Source: a virus
Lineage: Duplodnaviria > Caudoviricetes
Direction: 5' to 3' (one strand)
IMG/VR virus record: IMGVR_UViG_2974630626_000001
Span: 7,021-71,020 of that record
Length of the DNA stretch: 64,000 nt
The notes below the pieces were generated by a model. That model searched no databases. It had not been told where the DNA came from and saw nothing but the letters and a program-made list of their open reading frames with translations. Of the stretch, positions 26,040-34,796 are shown one piece after another. Numbering within the stretch: the first letter of the stretch is position 1; every line of letters starts with the position of its first letter. The translations under genes and the position numbers were made by a program.

Positions 26040-27896
26040 ATGGCTATTTTGAGGAACCGGAACACCAACCCGGACATGGTGGGCAGCGCTGGGACCACCA
26101 CGGTGTTGACCAACTTCATTGGCAACTCGCGTGGTTTCGCGTCGCTGGCTTGGTGGAATGTTTCCGCTGGCCTTGGTGGTGCCGCCGTGAACTCGCTTGT
26201 GGCCTCCGGTGGCCCGGATACGCGGATCCCTGACGGTGGGCCGTTCATCCGTTACACGCAGACCACCGCGAACACGGCCAACAGTTGCGGCCCGTACTAC
26301 CGGGACACTGCAGGGCAGACTCCGGGGGTTGCTGGGGACACGAGGACGTGGCAAGCGTGGGTTCGCCCCTCCATCACCAGGAATATGCGCTTGTCTGGGA
26401 ACTTCAAGGCCGCTGACGCGTCGGACGTAACCACGGGCAGCGGTGCCACGGTTTCATGCACGGGCGGCGAATGGACCCAGCTGCCCCCCGTGACGATAAC
26501 CGCCACGGGTGATTACGTGAAGCTCCAAGCGTGGCCGGTAGCCACTGGCCCGGTAGACGTGGGCGAGACAATCGACGTGGTTGTCTGGGTTACTGCCGTA
26601 CCTTGGCCGTTCTTTGACGGCAACGTACCCAACGACGCTGAATTCACTTATTCATGGTCTGGAACGGCTGGCCTGTCACTAACGAACATGACAGCCAACA
26701 CCGTGACTGGCTCAAGCAACAGCGCCGGAACAGGCGGTGCGCTGCGAATCTGGCAATCCACGGACGCGCCCATGAGTTCGAGCCGTTCGCTCAAATCCGT
26801 GCAAACTGTGGCGAGCACGGGCGGTTCCGCGGGTGTCATTCACCAGTCCAGCACCCCGGGCAGCGCGGGGGTGATATCGGCAAGCATGTGGGTGAAATAC
26901 AACATCGACCGCTACGTGCGTCCGCTGCTGCGTGCCCGGAACGGCACAACTCAGGTGTCCACGGACATATCCAACAACACCGTCTTTGTGCCGGCCAACA
27001 CGTGGCAGGAACTTCGCATTGAGGGTGTTCAGGTCAACAACGATTACACCAACATTCAGGTGTGGCCGTGGATTCAGGCGCCAACCGGGCTGCTTGCACC
27101 CGGAGACACCATGCAGTTGGCCCGGGTGCTGATTGTGGACGGCCCCAAGCTGCCCCCGGATGGGTGGTGGGACGGGGACGAACCCGGCAACGGCAAGTAC
27201 ATTTACGCGTGGGACGGCGTGGCCAACCTATCGAGCTCCACGCGCATGGACCGGATAGACATAATCCACTGGTGGACCAGGATGTGGTTCAGCCGGTTGC
27301 CGGTTGCCTATCAGGAAATGGACGCGGTGACCGGGCCGGACAAGGGCGCGTTCCCGCTGCTGAGGTACATGGACGGCCCCGGGCAAGTGTCCGGACGTAT
27401 TCGCGACCTCTCCGACTCCATGCTCAATGGGACGTTCATGGACCCCAACACCACCCCGGACTATGCCCTGCGTTGGATTGCGCAGCTTATGGGCGTGAAC
27501 GCTTCGCAGCGTGCCATTGCGTCCACTGACCTCCGGGCGTACCTATTGGACCTCGTGGCGTCCGGGCGTCCGGCTGTGGGCACGACTCAGAGCATTGTGG
27601 ACGCGGCCAAGCGGTTCCTGATTGGTGACCGACAGGTGACGGTGATCCCTTCGCCCACGGCGGCCCACACCATTGTGGTGCTGGCCCGGGCGGACGAAGT
27701 GCCGGGGACGCTGGCAACGCTGGTAACTCAGATCAGGTCCACGGGTGTCATACCGGCTGGCCACAACCTTGTGGCGCAATACGCCATTGCTACATGGGAC
27801 CAGTACGAGGCCGCCGTGGGCACGACCTGGACGGCTGCCGAGCAGAACCAGCCGACGTGGCGAGCCGCTGAAAGCCTTGGTATTACGTTGGACTGA
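26040..27896 (+). CDS. Baseplate wedge (P2 gpI-like C-terminus) with two N-terminal carbohydrate-binding-like domains
   Basis: Duplicated beta-sandwich blocks ending in (F/W)DG...Y.W.G.A.LS; C-terminal RLP..Y...DP.TTP..ALRWIAQLMGV. Confidence 0.7.
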   Translation: MAILRNRNTNPDMVGSAGTTTVLTNFIGNSRGFASLAWWNVSAGLGGAAVNSLVASGGPDTRIPDGGPFIRYTQTTANTANSCGPYYRDTAGQTPGVAGDTRTWQAWVRPSITRNMRLSGNFKAADASDVTTGSGATVSCTGGEWTQLPPVTITATGDYVKLQAWPVATGPVDVGETIDVVVWVTAVPWPFFDGNVPNDAEFTYSWSGTAGLSLTNMTANTVTGSSNSAGTGGALRIWQSTDAPMSSSRSLKSVQTVASTGGSAGVIHQSSTPGSAGVISASMWVKYNIDRYVRPLLRARNGTTQVSTDISNNTVFVPANTWQELRIEGVQVNNDYTNIQVWPWIQAPTGLLAPGDTMQLARVLIVDGPKLPPDGWWDGDEPGNGKYIYAWDGVANLSSSTRMDRIDIIHWWTRMWFSRLPVAYQEMDAVTGPDKGAFPLLRYMDGPGQVSGRIRDLSDSMLNGTFMDPNTTPDYALRWIAQLMGVNASQRAIASTDLRAYLLDLVASGRPAVGTTQSIVDAAKRFLIGDRQVTVIPSPTAAHTIVVLARADEVPGTLATLVTQIRSTGVIPAGHNLVAQYAIATWDQYEAAVGTTWTAAEQNQPTWRAAESLGITLD

Positions 27897-27973
27897 CTTG
27901 GCAAAACGTATAGCCCCCCTCTATAGTCTTTTTCAGACCCGCGGCAGTATGCTGAGGGTAGGGGTGAGACAGC

Positions 27974-28014
27974 AAAAAGCCCCCGCGCTGGACACACCAG
28001 CGCAGGGGCTTTTT
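27974..28014. terminator. Intrinsic terminator ending the structural region
   Basis: AAAAAGCCCCCGCGCTGG...CCAGCGCAGGGGCTTTTT. Confidence 0.8.
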
Positions 28015-28071
28015 CAGTAATCGCCACAACTACTGGTGTCAGTTTATCAGTGGCACCACAAGATATGCCGT

Positions 28072-28100
28072 TTGACCGAATCGCCACATTCGACTACATA
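28072..28100 (+). promoter_or_regulatory. sigA-like promoter
   Basis: TTGACC-N17-TACATA; the spacer contains AATCGCCACA, repeated at 28019 and 30296. Confidence 0.55.
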
Positions 28101-28116
28101 GAAAGGCCACTTGGCC

Positions 28117-28353
28117 ATGTCAAAGCTTCGCAATTGCTTTGCCCGGTTCGCGTCCTGGTTCGCCGGCGCGGCACCTGTTCAGCCGGTCCCGGAACCCAAG
28201 ACCCGGTTGGAAGAACTCCACGACCAGAGGCTGCAGGGCGTCTTCGCCCGGGGCATGAACGCGTTGGAGTCGCGCCCCGCCAACATGACTGACCGGGACC
28301 GGGAAATCCTTGGTCATTCCATTGCCAACATGCTGGCCCGGAACGTCGCATGA
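28117..28353 (+). CDS. Hypothetical protein
   Basis: SD GAAAGG; 78 aa. Confidence 0.65.
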   Translation: MSKLRNCFARFASWFAGAAPVQPVPEPKTRLEELHDQRLQGVFARGMNALESRPANMTDRDREILGHSIANMLARNVA

Positions 28354-28577
28354 TCACCGCCCAACTGCTGGGTGGCCCGTGCGACGGGCGCACCATCCAA
28401 CTTGCCGATGACATGCAAGCGTTCCACGTCCCTTGCACCGTGATCACGGACAACCCGGACATGCAGGGTGAGTTCGTTGGCCCGGGCTTCCCATGCGTGG
28501 CCACATACGCCTTTTTCCAGACCCTTCCCAGCGGCACCAAAGTGTTCCGGTTGTCCGGGATTCACAGCAACGCATGA
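28350..28577 (+). CDS. Hypothetical protein
   Basis: ATGA-coupled; LLGGPCDG motif; 75 aa. Confidence 0.7.
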   Translation: MITAQLLGGPCDGRTIQLADDMQAFHVPCTVITDNPDMQGEFVGPGFPCVATYAFFQTLPSGTKVFRLSGIHSNA

Positions 28578-28741
28578 TTGCCCGGGAAGCCGAGGTGGTG
28601 CGCAAGAGTAACCACCAGCTTGGCAAGGTGCTGGGGTATGTCCCGGGCGGCTATGAGGTCATGTGGAACGGAACCAAGGCCATTAGCTATGAAGACGAAA
28701 CGACCATTGAACCCCGATTTGAGGAAGACAGCGAGGAACCC

Positions 28742-29983
28742 ATGAAAGTGATTGCCCTGCAAGCCGAGAACGTCAAGCGGCTGCGTGCCGTGTCCCTTGC
28801 CTTTGACGGCACCTTGCAAGTCATTGGCGGTGACAACGGCGAAGGCAAGTCGTCAGTGTTGGATGCCATTTGGCTGGCCATTGGTGGCCGTCAGGCGACC
28901 AACGAAACGCAGACCACCCGCCCCATTCACGACGGCGAGGACGAAGCAAAGGCCACGGTGGACCTTGGGGAAATCATCGTCACCCGGACGTGGAAGCGCG
29001 GCAAGCCCGGGGCGGTGAAGGTCACCACCCGCGAGGGCGCGGAACACAAGTCCCCGCAAGCGATTCTGGACGCCCTCACGGCCAAGGTGGGCATTGACCC
29101 GCTGGCGTTCACTCAGTTGTCCGCCAAGGAACAGATGAAACAGCTTTTGGCGCTAGTCGACCTCCCGTTCGACCCGGCCAAGCTGGACGCCGAGGCTGCG
29201 GAAATCTTCACCGAGCGCACGGCGGTGAACCGTCGCGTGAACGAGGTGGACGCCCGTTTGAAGGGCTTTCCGCTCCCGGCCCCTGGATTGCCCGAACAAG
29301 AGATTGACGTGGCCGAACTGGTGGACTCGCTGCGGCGCATTGACTCGATCAACGCCGCCGTGATCCGCGCCAACGAACGGGTAACCGAGGCGGTGGCATC
29401 GGTTCAGTATTTCGAGGAAAAGCTGGAGGCCGCCAAGTCCGAGCAAAAGGCCGCCGAGGTTGCCCGGGCGGACGCTTACAACCTTGCGCAAGCGTCCCCC
29501 AACGCGGACGAATTGCGCGCCAAGCTGGACACCGTGAGCGAGACAAACAAGGCCGTGCGTGTGGAGCTTGAGCGCCAACAAGGCGTGAAGGTGCTGGCGC
29601 AACTCAAGGCCAAGTCTGACGAACTCACGGGGAAGCTTACAAGCATTCAGGACACCAAAGCCGAGGGGCTGGCCAAGGCCGCTTGGCCCATCCAGGGGTT
29701 GGGGTTCGACGCTGACGGGCTGACCTACAACGACGTGCCGTTCAATCAGGCGTCCAGCGCGGAACAGATCAGGGTGAGCATGGCCATGGCCATGGCTTTG
29801 CAGCCCAAGCTCAAGACCCTGTTTATTCGCGACGGCTCGCTGTTGGACGGCAAGAACATGCGTTTGGTGGCCGACATGGCAGCCGCTCAGGGCTACCAGG
29901 TGATCATGGAACGCGTGGGCGACCATGACAAGGGCGCAATCATCATTTCTGACGGCGAAGTAAAGGCAGACACGGACAAATGA
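28742..29983 (+). CDS. SMC/SbcC-like AAA ATPase
   Basis: ENVKRL, Walker A GDNGEGKSS, long coiled coil, ASSAEQ signature, FIRDGSLLD. SD GAGGAA. The frame is also open from ATG 28574. Confidence 0.85.
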   Translation: MKVIALQAENVKRLRAVSLAFDGTLQVIGGDNGEGKSSVLDAIWLAIGGRQATNETQTTRPIHDGEDEAKATVDLGEIIVTRTWKRGKPGAVKVTTREGAEHKSPQAILDALTAKVGIDPLAFTQLSAKEQMKQLLALVDLPFDPAKLDAEAAEIFTERTAVNRRVNEVDARLKGFPLPAPGLPEQEIDVAELVDSLRRIDSINAAVIRANERVTEAVASVQYFEEKLEAAKSEQKAAEVARADAYNLAQASPNADELRAKLDTVSETNKAVRVELERQQGVKVLAQLKAKSDELTGKLTSIQDTKAEGLAKAAWPIQGLGFDADGLTYNDVPFNQASSAEQIRVSMAMAMALQPKLKTLFIRDGSLLDGKNMRLVADMAAAQGYQVIMERVGDHDKGAIIISDGEVKADTDK

Positions 29984-30234
29984 CACTCAAAGTTGACCCG
30001 GGCGAGGCCAAGCGGCTGCTGTCCGATGTGACACGGGGGACAGCACGCAGCGAACGGCTGCGGGGTATCGCTGAGAGGCGTTACAAGCGCGACCTTGCCC
30101 GGGCCAACGAACCCCGCCGCAAGGCCGTGCTGGCGGCCAAGGAAGCTGGCGTGAAGCGCGAGGATATCGCCCACGCGGCGGGGGTGTCTGTGGCCCGTCT
30201 TTACCAGATTATTGAGGGTTCCCCGGACACCTAA
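29980..30234 (+). CDS. HTH DNA-binding protein
   Basis: C-terminal REDIAHAAGVSVARLYQII. Confidence 0.8.
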   Translation: MTLKVDPGEAKRLLSDVTRGTARSERLRGIAERRYKRDLARANEPRRKAVLAAKEAGVKREDIAHAAGVSVARLYQIIEGSPDT

Positions 30235-30252
30235 AACGTCAAGGGGGGGACT

Positions 30253-30281
30253 TTGTAAATGTCAGCCCCTTGCACTACTGT
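30253..30281 (+). promoter_or_regulatory. sigA-like promoter of recombination operon
   Basis: TTGTAA-N17-TACTGT. Confidence 0.6.
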
Positions 30282-30327
30282 GAAACCGTTCCACCAATCG
30301 CCACAAACTACAAAGGAAGTGATCCAC

Positions 30328-30705
30328 CTGGACACGGATAAAACCCTTTATCTGAACCTCTTTGAGGTCTGCCACAACATCCCAAGCGTGACCCGCGAAA
30401 CAGGCGCCGAAATCGTGCTGGAAGCCCTCCGGGTGACCTACGAGGATTTGCCAGCGGACGCCCCCATTGATCAGACGGCCCGGGTTGTGGCCTTGTGTCT
30501 GCGGGGCGAGGTGGCAGCAAATGAGTTGTTCGCCGCGTTTGAACTGTGGATGCTGCGGCACCAAATCGCGGACCCGCAAGGTGACCTTGAATGGTTGCTT
30601 GACCTACCGAACACCGAGGCCAACCGGGAACGCGAGGTGGTCAACGCTGAGGGCAACCTCATGGCCGCCGTGAACGCCATTTTGGACAAGGCGGGTGTGA
30701 AGTGA
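30328..30705 (+). CDS. Hypothetical protein (start uncertain: CTG 30328, GTG 30319 or ATG 30259)
   Basis: Helical acidic ORF coupled to the exonuclease gene; SD-like GGAAGTGAT 4 nt before CTG. Confidence 0.65.
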   Translation: MDTDKTLYLNLFEVCHNIPSVTRETGAEIVLEALRVTYEDLPADAPIDQTARVVALCLRGEVAANELFAAFELWMLRHQIADPQGDLEWLLDLPNTEANREREVVNAEGNLMAAVNAILDKAGVK

Positions 30706-31655
30706 CGGCGGCGGCTGAGGTCACGCAGTACGTCGACCACTCGATCCCCGGACACAAGCCCGGTAGTGAGGAATGGGTGAAGTTCCTCACGGCGTCCAAA
30801 ATCGCGGCAATCATGGGGCACAGCACCTATGACAGCTATTTCAGCATGTGGCACCGCATGGCCGGGAATATCGACCCGGACCCCGCGAGCGAGGAAGCCC
30901 TGCGCGGCCACTACCTGGAACCCGCCATTGCCCACTGGTTCGCGGACCAAATGCCCGATTACGAAATGATGCCCACGGGCATGTGGGTGGCCAAGGACGC
31001 CCCGCGCTTCGCCGCCACCCCTGACCGTTTCATGGTCCCGAAGAATCCGGGCATGCTGCTGTCATTGGGTGAGGTCAAGAGCTCAAACAACGATTGGGAG
31101 TGGGGGACCGAGGACACCGAGGAAGTGCCCCTCGGCTACTACGACCAGACCCAATGGCAAATGCGCTGCATCCGAACCCACTACCCGGAAATTGAGGGCG
31201 TCCACGTCCCGGTGCTGACCACGGGGCTGAACTTCGCCAAGTATTACGTCCCCTGGGACCCCGATTATGTGGAAATCCTGGAAGCGAAGGCCACCGAGTT
31301 TATGGACGCTTTGGAGGCTGGCCGGACACCCAGCATTGACCCGCTGGACGGGCACCTGCAGACCTACTCCGCGATTCGGAAGCTCCACCCGGACATTGAA
31401 CCCGGATCCGTGGACCTCACGGACGATGAAGCCCGGGCGTTCTTCGAGACGCACGCAGCGGACAAGGAACTTGCCCTGCGGCTGCAAGCGGCCAAGAACG
31501 TGATTGCCGCCAAGATGGGCAACACCCAAACAGCCAAGTGGCGGGGCCGGAAGGTATTCACCCGCATGTCCAAACAGGGCGGCACGCCGTACCTGACCGC
31601 AGCCCGGGGACTTCCCACGGCTGACCTACTCCTAGAAATGGAACCCGCAGCATGA
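30702..31655 (+). CDS. YqaJ/RecE-like exonuclease
   Basis: LTASKIAAIMG, RGHYLEP, ATPD, EVKS, Y..Q.QWQM motifs. Confidence 0.9.
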   Translation: MTAAAEVTQYVDHSIPGHKPGSEEWVKFLTASKIAAIMGHSTYDSYFSMWHRMAGNIDPDPASEEALRGHYLEPAIAHWFADQMPDYEMMPTGMWVAKDAPRFAATPDRFMVPKNPGMLLSLGEVKSSNNDWEWGTEDTEEVPLGYYDQTQWQMRCIRTHYPEIEGVHVPVLTTGLNFAKYYVPWDPDYVEILEAKATEFMDALEAGRTPSIDPLDGHLQTYSAIRKLHPDIEPGSVDLTDDEARAFFETHAADKELALRLQAAKNVIAAKMGNTQTAKWRGRKVFTRMSKQGGTPYLTAARGLPTADLLLEMEPAA

Positions 31656-32599
31656 GCACCGCCGCTAACGAACGCGCCCTAGTAGTTCAGGAACAAGTCC
31701 GGGGGCTGCTGCTGCACCACCGCCGCCAACTGACCAGCACGCTGCCCTCCCACCTCAAGGACAAGGGCGACGCGTGGCTCTCCGGGGCACTCGCTGCGCT
31801 GCAACGGGATAACAACCTTGCCCAAGCCGCGCTGGCCAACCCGGACACCCTCATTTCGGCGCTGTCCGAGGCCGCGCAAAAGGGTTTGAACCCTGGAACG
31901 CCGGAATACTATTTGACCTCACGCCGGGACAAGAACCGTGGACAGATCGTTTTGGGCATCACCGGATACCAGGGTGAAATTGAGCTCATTTTCCGGGCCG
32001 GGGCTGTGGCCACCATCGTGGCTGAGGTGGTCCACGAAAACGACACTTACACCTACGTGCGAGGCGTGAACGACCGTCCCATCCATGAGATTCCAGGCGG
32101 CAACTTTGGCCGCGCCGCTAACCGTGGGGACATGATCGGCGTTTACGCCTACTGCATCATGAAGGACGGCAGCGTGTCCCGCATCATCGAACACGGCGCA
32201 GACCACATAGCGAAGGTCAAGGCCGAGGCGCAAGGCGCGGACGGCAACTATTCCCCATGGAAAAAGTGGGAGGACCAGATGTGGCTCAAGACCGCCGTGC
32301 ACAGTCTCAGCAAGTGGGTTCCCACGTCCGCCGAGTACGTGCGCGAGCAAGCCCGTGCCGTGGCCATTGGGAACGCTACGGCCGTTCCAGTCGCCGCCGT
32401 GGGCAACGCCGGGGGCGCACCTGTTGCCGACACGCCACGTCAGGCACCGGACAATATCAACGACGCGCCGGACCAGGGCGCACAATATGAAGACCTTGGC
32501 GAGAACCAGACCGTGGACCAGTCCAACGGCGAAGTGTTCGGCCAAGACCCGGTGGCCGAGTCTTGGGGACTCAGCGACCCGGAACCGCAACAAAACTAA
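31652..32599 (+). CDS. recT: RecT-like single-strand annealing protein
   Basis: AQKGLNP...YYL, LGITGYQGEIELIFRAG, PW..W.DQMWLKT..H.LSKWVP; coupled to the exonuclease gene. Confidence 0.9.
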   Translation: MSTAANERALVVQEQVRGLLLHHRRQLTSTLPSHLKDKGDAWLSGALAALQRDNNLAQAALANPDTLISALSEAAQKGLNPGTPEYYLTSRRDKNRGQIVLGITGYQGEIELIFRAGAVATIVAEVVHENDTYTYVRGVNDRPIHEIPGGNFGRAANRGDMIGVYAYCIMKDGSVSRIIEHGADHIAKVKAEAQGADGNYSPWKKWEDQMWLKTAVHSLSKWVPTSAEYVREQARAVAIGNATAVPVAAVGNAGGAPVADTPRQAPDNINDAPDQGAQYEDLGENQTVDQSNGEVFGQDPVAESWGLSDPEPQQN

Positions 32600-32631
32600 A
32601 CGCCACAACTCAAAGAACGGAACAGCTACAA

Positions 32632-32781
32632 ATGTCTGGGGAAACCAACGTATTGGTGGGAGTTCGTGACTCCCGCACATGGCCGCGTCACAAGACCAAG
32701 GCCGTAGCTCGCAAGGCCGCCCGTAAGAGCATTGCCCGGGCAGCGCAGCGCAAGCGCGACGCCGTGCGAGGTGAAAAGTGA
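32632..32781 (+). CDS. Small basic protein (49 aa)
   Basis: Fills the gap; GTGA-coupled to the next gene. Confidence 0.55.
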   Translation: MSGETNVLVGVRDSRTWPRHKTKAVARKAARKSIARAAQRKRDAVRGEK

Positions 32782-33038
32782 GCTACGGGACCATGAGCCA
32801 AGTTTTGCGCGCGAACCTTGGGGGTTCGTCCACAAGCTTCCGGGGCACGTCCGCGCCCATCACGGATAAGGAACTGCGCATTGCGGACAACTCGTTCCTC
32901 AAGTGCTGCCGCCGCTGCGGCGGTATCTATGAGACGAAAACCCGCCGTCAGCCGGTAATGAAGCTCTGCCAGGATTGCAAGGACGTGTTGCCGGCTGTTG
33001 AGCGCCGGGGATACATGGACCGGGCGGCGCGAGCATGA
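32778..33038 (+). CDS. Zinc-ribbon protein
   Basis: CRRC...CQDC. Confidence 0.65.
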   Translation: MSYGTMSQVLRANLGGSSTSFRGTSAPITDKELRIADNSFLKCCRRCGGIYETKTRRQPVMKLCQDCKDVLPAVERRGYMDRAARA

Positions 33039-33361
33039 GCGAGGAACCGCGGACAGAGAAAACCAAGCCTGTTTGGCGTGGGGCTGGACCCCACAGCGTC
33101 AAGGGCGTGGCGTATGAGAAAGGCGAGGACGCTATCCGCGCGGCCTACACGGAAGCCAGGGCGGCGGTGGCAAGTCTCATGCCCCGCCGTGAAGAGCTCA
33201 CGGAAAAGGTGACGTTCCTCCGAGGCAAGACCGAGTACACGCTGAATTATGAGGTGTGTGGCGGCTTGTCCGACATTGAGAAATTGGTATTGGCCCATGG
33301 TGGGCTGCCCCCGTTCGGTGGGGTTGTGCACGGCATCCGGGTGACTGTCTACAACGACTGA
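33035..33361 (+). CDS. Hypothetical protein
   Basis: ATGA-coupled, 108 aa. Confidence 0.65.
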   Translation: MSEEPRTEKTKPVWRGAGPHSVKGVAYEKGEDAIRAAYTEARAAVASLMPRREELTEKVTFLRGKTEYTLNYEVCGGLSDIEKLVLAHGGLPPFGGVVHGIRVTVYND

Positions 33362-33502
33362 CCCGGCGCCACACGCACGACCATCTAGACCACCAGCACG
33401 ACACAAAACAGGGGGGACTCCATGCCATTGCACAACCATGCTGTGGAGTCCTCCACTGTGTCGCGCCCACGCTCGCTCAACAGCGGGGGAAAGACGCCGC
33501 CA

Positions 33503-33946
33503 ATGTCAGGCAAAGACACACGCGCCTACATCACCGTGACAAACGAACTATTCGACCACCCCAAGTTCAAGCGGATCCGTGATCCTTGGGCACGGTTGCA
33601 CCTCATTGAACTGTGGACGTACTGCAACAGGTACAAAACCGATGGAGTGATTGACGAGGACGCCCTCATGGAAAAGGGCGACAACGTGGGCGAGGAACTG
33701 CTAAAGCGGGGATGGGTCCACGGCCCGGACCAGGACGGCAACTATCAGATGCACGACTACCTCAAGCACCAGAAATCCAAGGCTGAGATTGAGGGACTGA
33801 CCAAGAGCCGAACCGTGGCCGCTGGCTACGGAAACCACAAGCGCTGGCATGAGGCTAACGAGGTCTTCGAGGCGTCTTGCGGGTACTGCACCGGGGAACT
33901 GGAACCACCCAAACGGAAAACCAGCCAAAAGCCCACTTCCAGCTAA
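33503..33946 (+). CDS. Replication initiator-like protein, N-terminal domain only
   Basis: YITVTNELFDHPK, LWTYCNRYKTDGVI, Y.MHDYLKHQ, G...NHKRWH...C.YC motifs; 147 aa; SD GGGGGAAAG. Confidence 0.75.
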   Translation: MSGKDTRAYITVTNELFDHPKFKRIRDPWARLHLIELWTYCNRYKTDGVIDEDALMEKGDNVGEELLKRGWVHGPDQDGNYQMHDYLKHQKSKAEIEGLTKSRTVAAGYGNHKRWHEANEVFEASCGYCTGELEPPKRKTSQKPTSS

Positions 33947-34020
33947 CTCCCAGCCGCCTTGGGGAATCTCACAGGAAACTCCAAGGCGGTTTTCCACACC
34001 CAAAAACCCCTAGAATCCGC

Positions 34021-34141
34021 CGATCTATCGCAAATGGGATCGCATGTGTGATCGCAATTGTGATCGCAAAACGATCGCAAACGTATCGCAAAACCGTCGC
34101 ACCATAACCAGAACCAAAACCAGAACCAGAACCAGAACCAA
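34021..34141 (+). repeat. Iteron-like array and AACCAG microsatellite (candidate origin of replication)
   Basis: ATCGCA at 34027, 34039, 34051, 34063, 34074, 34085 and GTCGCA at 34096; (AACCAR)x6 at 34106-34141. Confidence 0.75.
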
Positions 34142-34242
34142 CAAAACAGTGTTAACTCACCTATCGCTGTTGTTGAGGTGCTGAGAGATTCAAAACGTCA
34201 ACTAAGTAACGCGCAAGCGCGCGAGCCGAAAGGGCAACCACC

Positions 34243-34464
34243 GTGGAGAGCATGACCAACAACCAAGCCGCGCTAACAGCCGTCTGCGCAGCCAACGCCA
34301 ACAGGATCGTAAGCAACCGCGACCTGGTAGTGGGCACCATCGAGTTCGCCAAGCTGCTGGACCAACTGGACCACGAGCGTGACGCCAAGGCAGCACGCTG
34401 GAAGACAGCCAAAGGCACCCGCATGCAAAGCCGGTATCAAACCACACGAGGCGCAACGAAATGA
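34243..34464 (+). CDS. Hypothetical protein
   Basis: SD GAAAGGG, 73 aa. Confidence 0.6.
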   Translation: MESMTNNQAALTAVCAANANRIVSNRDLVVGTIEFAKLLDQLDHERDAKAARWKTAKGTRMQSRYQTTRGATK

Positions 34465-34796
34465 CCACCAACGCCCAAGCCGCCCTACTCGCTGCCGCCA
34501 CCGTGCACAAGGGACGCAAGACCCCACCCGCCGCCGTCAAGCTACTTGCGGAGTCATTCAAGAACTGGCTGGACTGGCAAGACACCCAACAGGCTGAGGC
34601 AGACAAGGCCGCACTGATTCAGATCTACCCCGGTTATTGCCTCCAACACCTCAAAGACCAATACGCGAGCTACTGGGGACCACCAGACGGGCACCTAGCC
34701 GTCCGCCTCATAAACCCCGGCGAACAATGCAACACCCGCGAATGCTTCCAAGACGACCCCACCAACCCCCACGCACGAAAGGCCACAGACAAATGA
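34461..34796 (+). CDS. Hypothetical protein
   Basis: ATGA-coupled, 111 aa. Confidence 0.65.
   Translation: MTTNAQAALLAAATVHKGRKTPPAAVKLLAESFKNWLDWQDTQQAEADKAALIQIYPGYCLQHLKDQYASYWGPPDGHLAVRLINPGEQCNTRECFQDDPTNPHARKATDK

Noticed and set aside
33405-33416. AAAACAGGGGGG, and CAAACAGGCC at 7728 and 45891, as middle boxes
   Set aside because: The 3' half diverges and no correctly spaced -10 follows.
33901-33946. Programmed -1 frameshift extending the initiator into the iteron region
   Set aside because: No in-phase slippery heptamer, and the target frame stops at 34105-34107 anyway.
34106-34141. AACCAG tandem repeat or ATCGCA array as a CRISPR array
   Set aside because: Units are 6-12 bp with no 25-45 bp repeats or unique spacers, and no cas genes are present.
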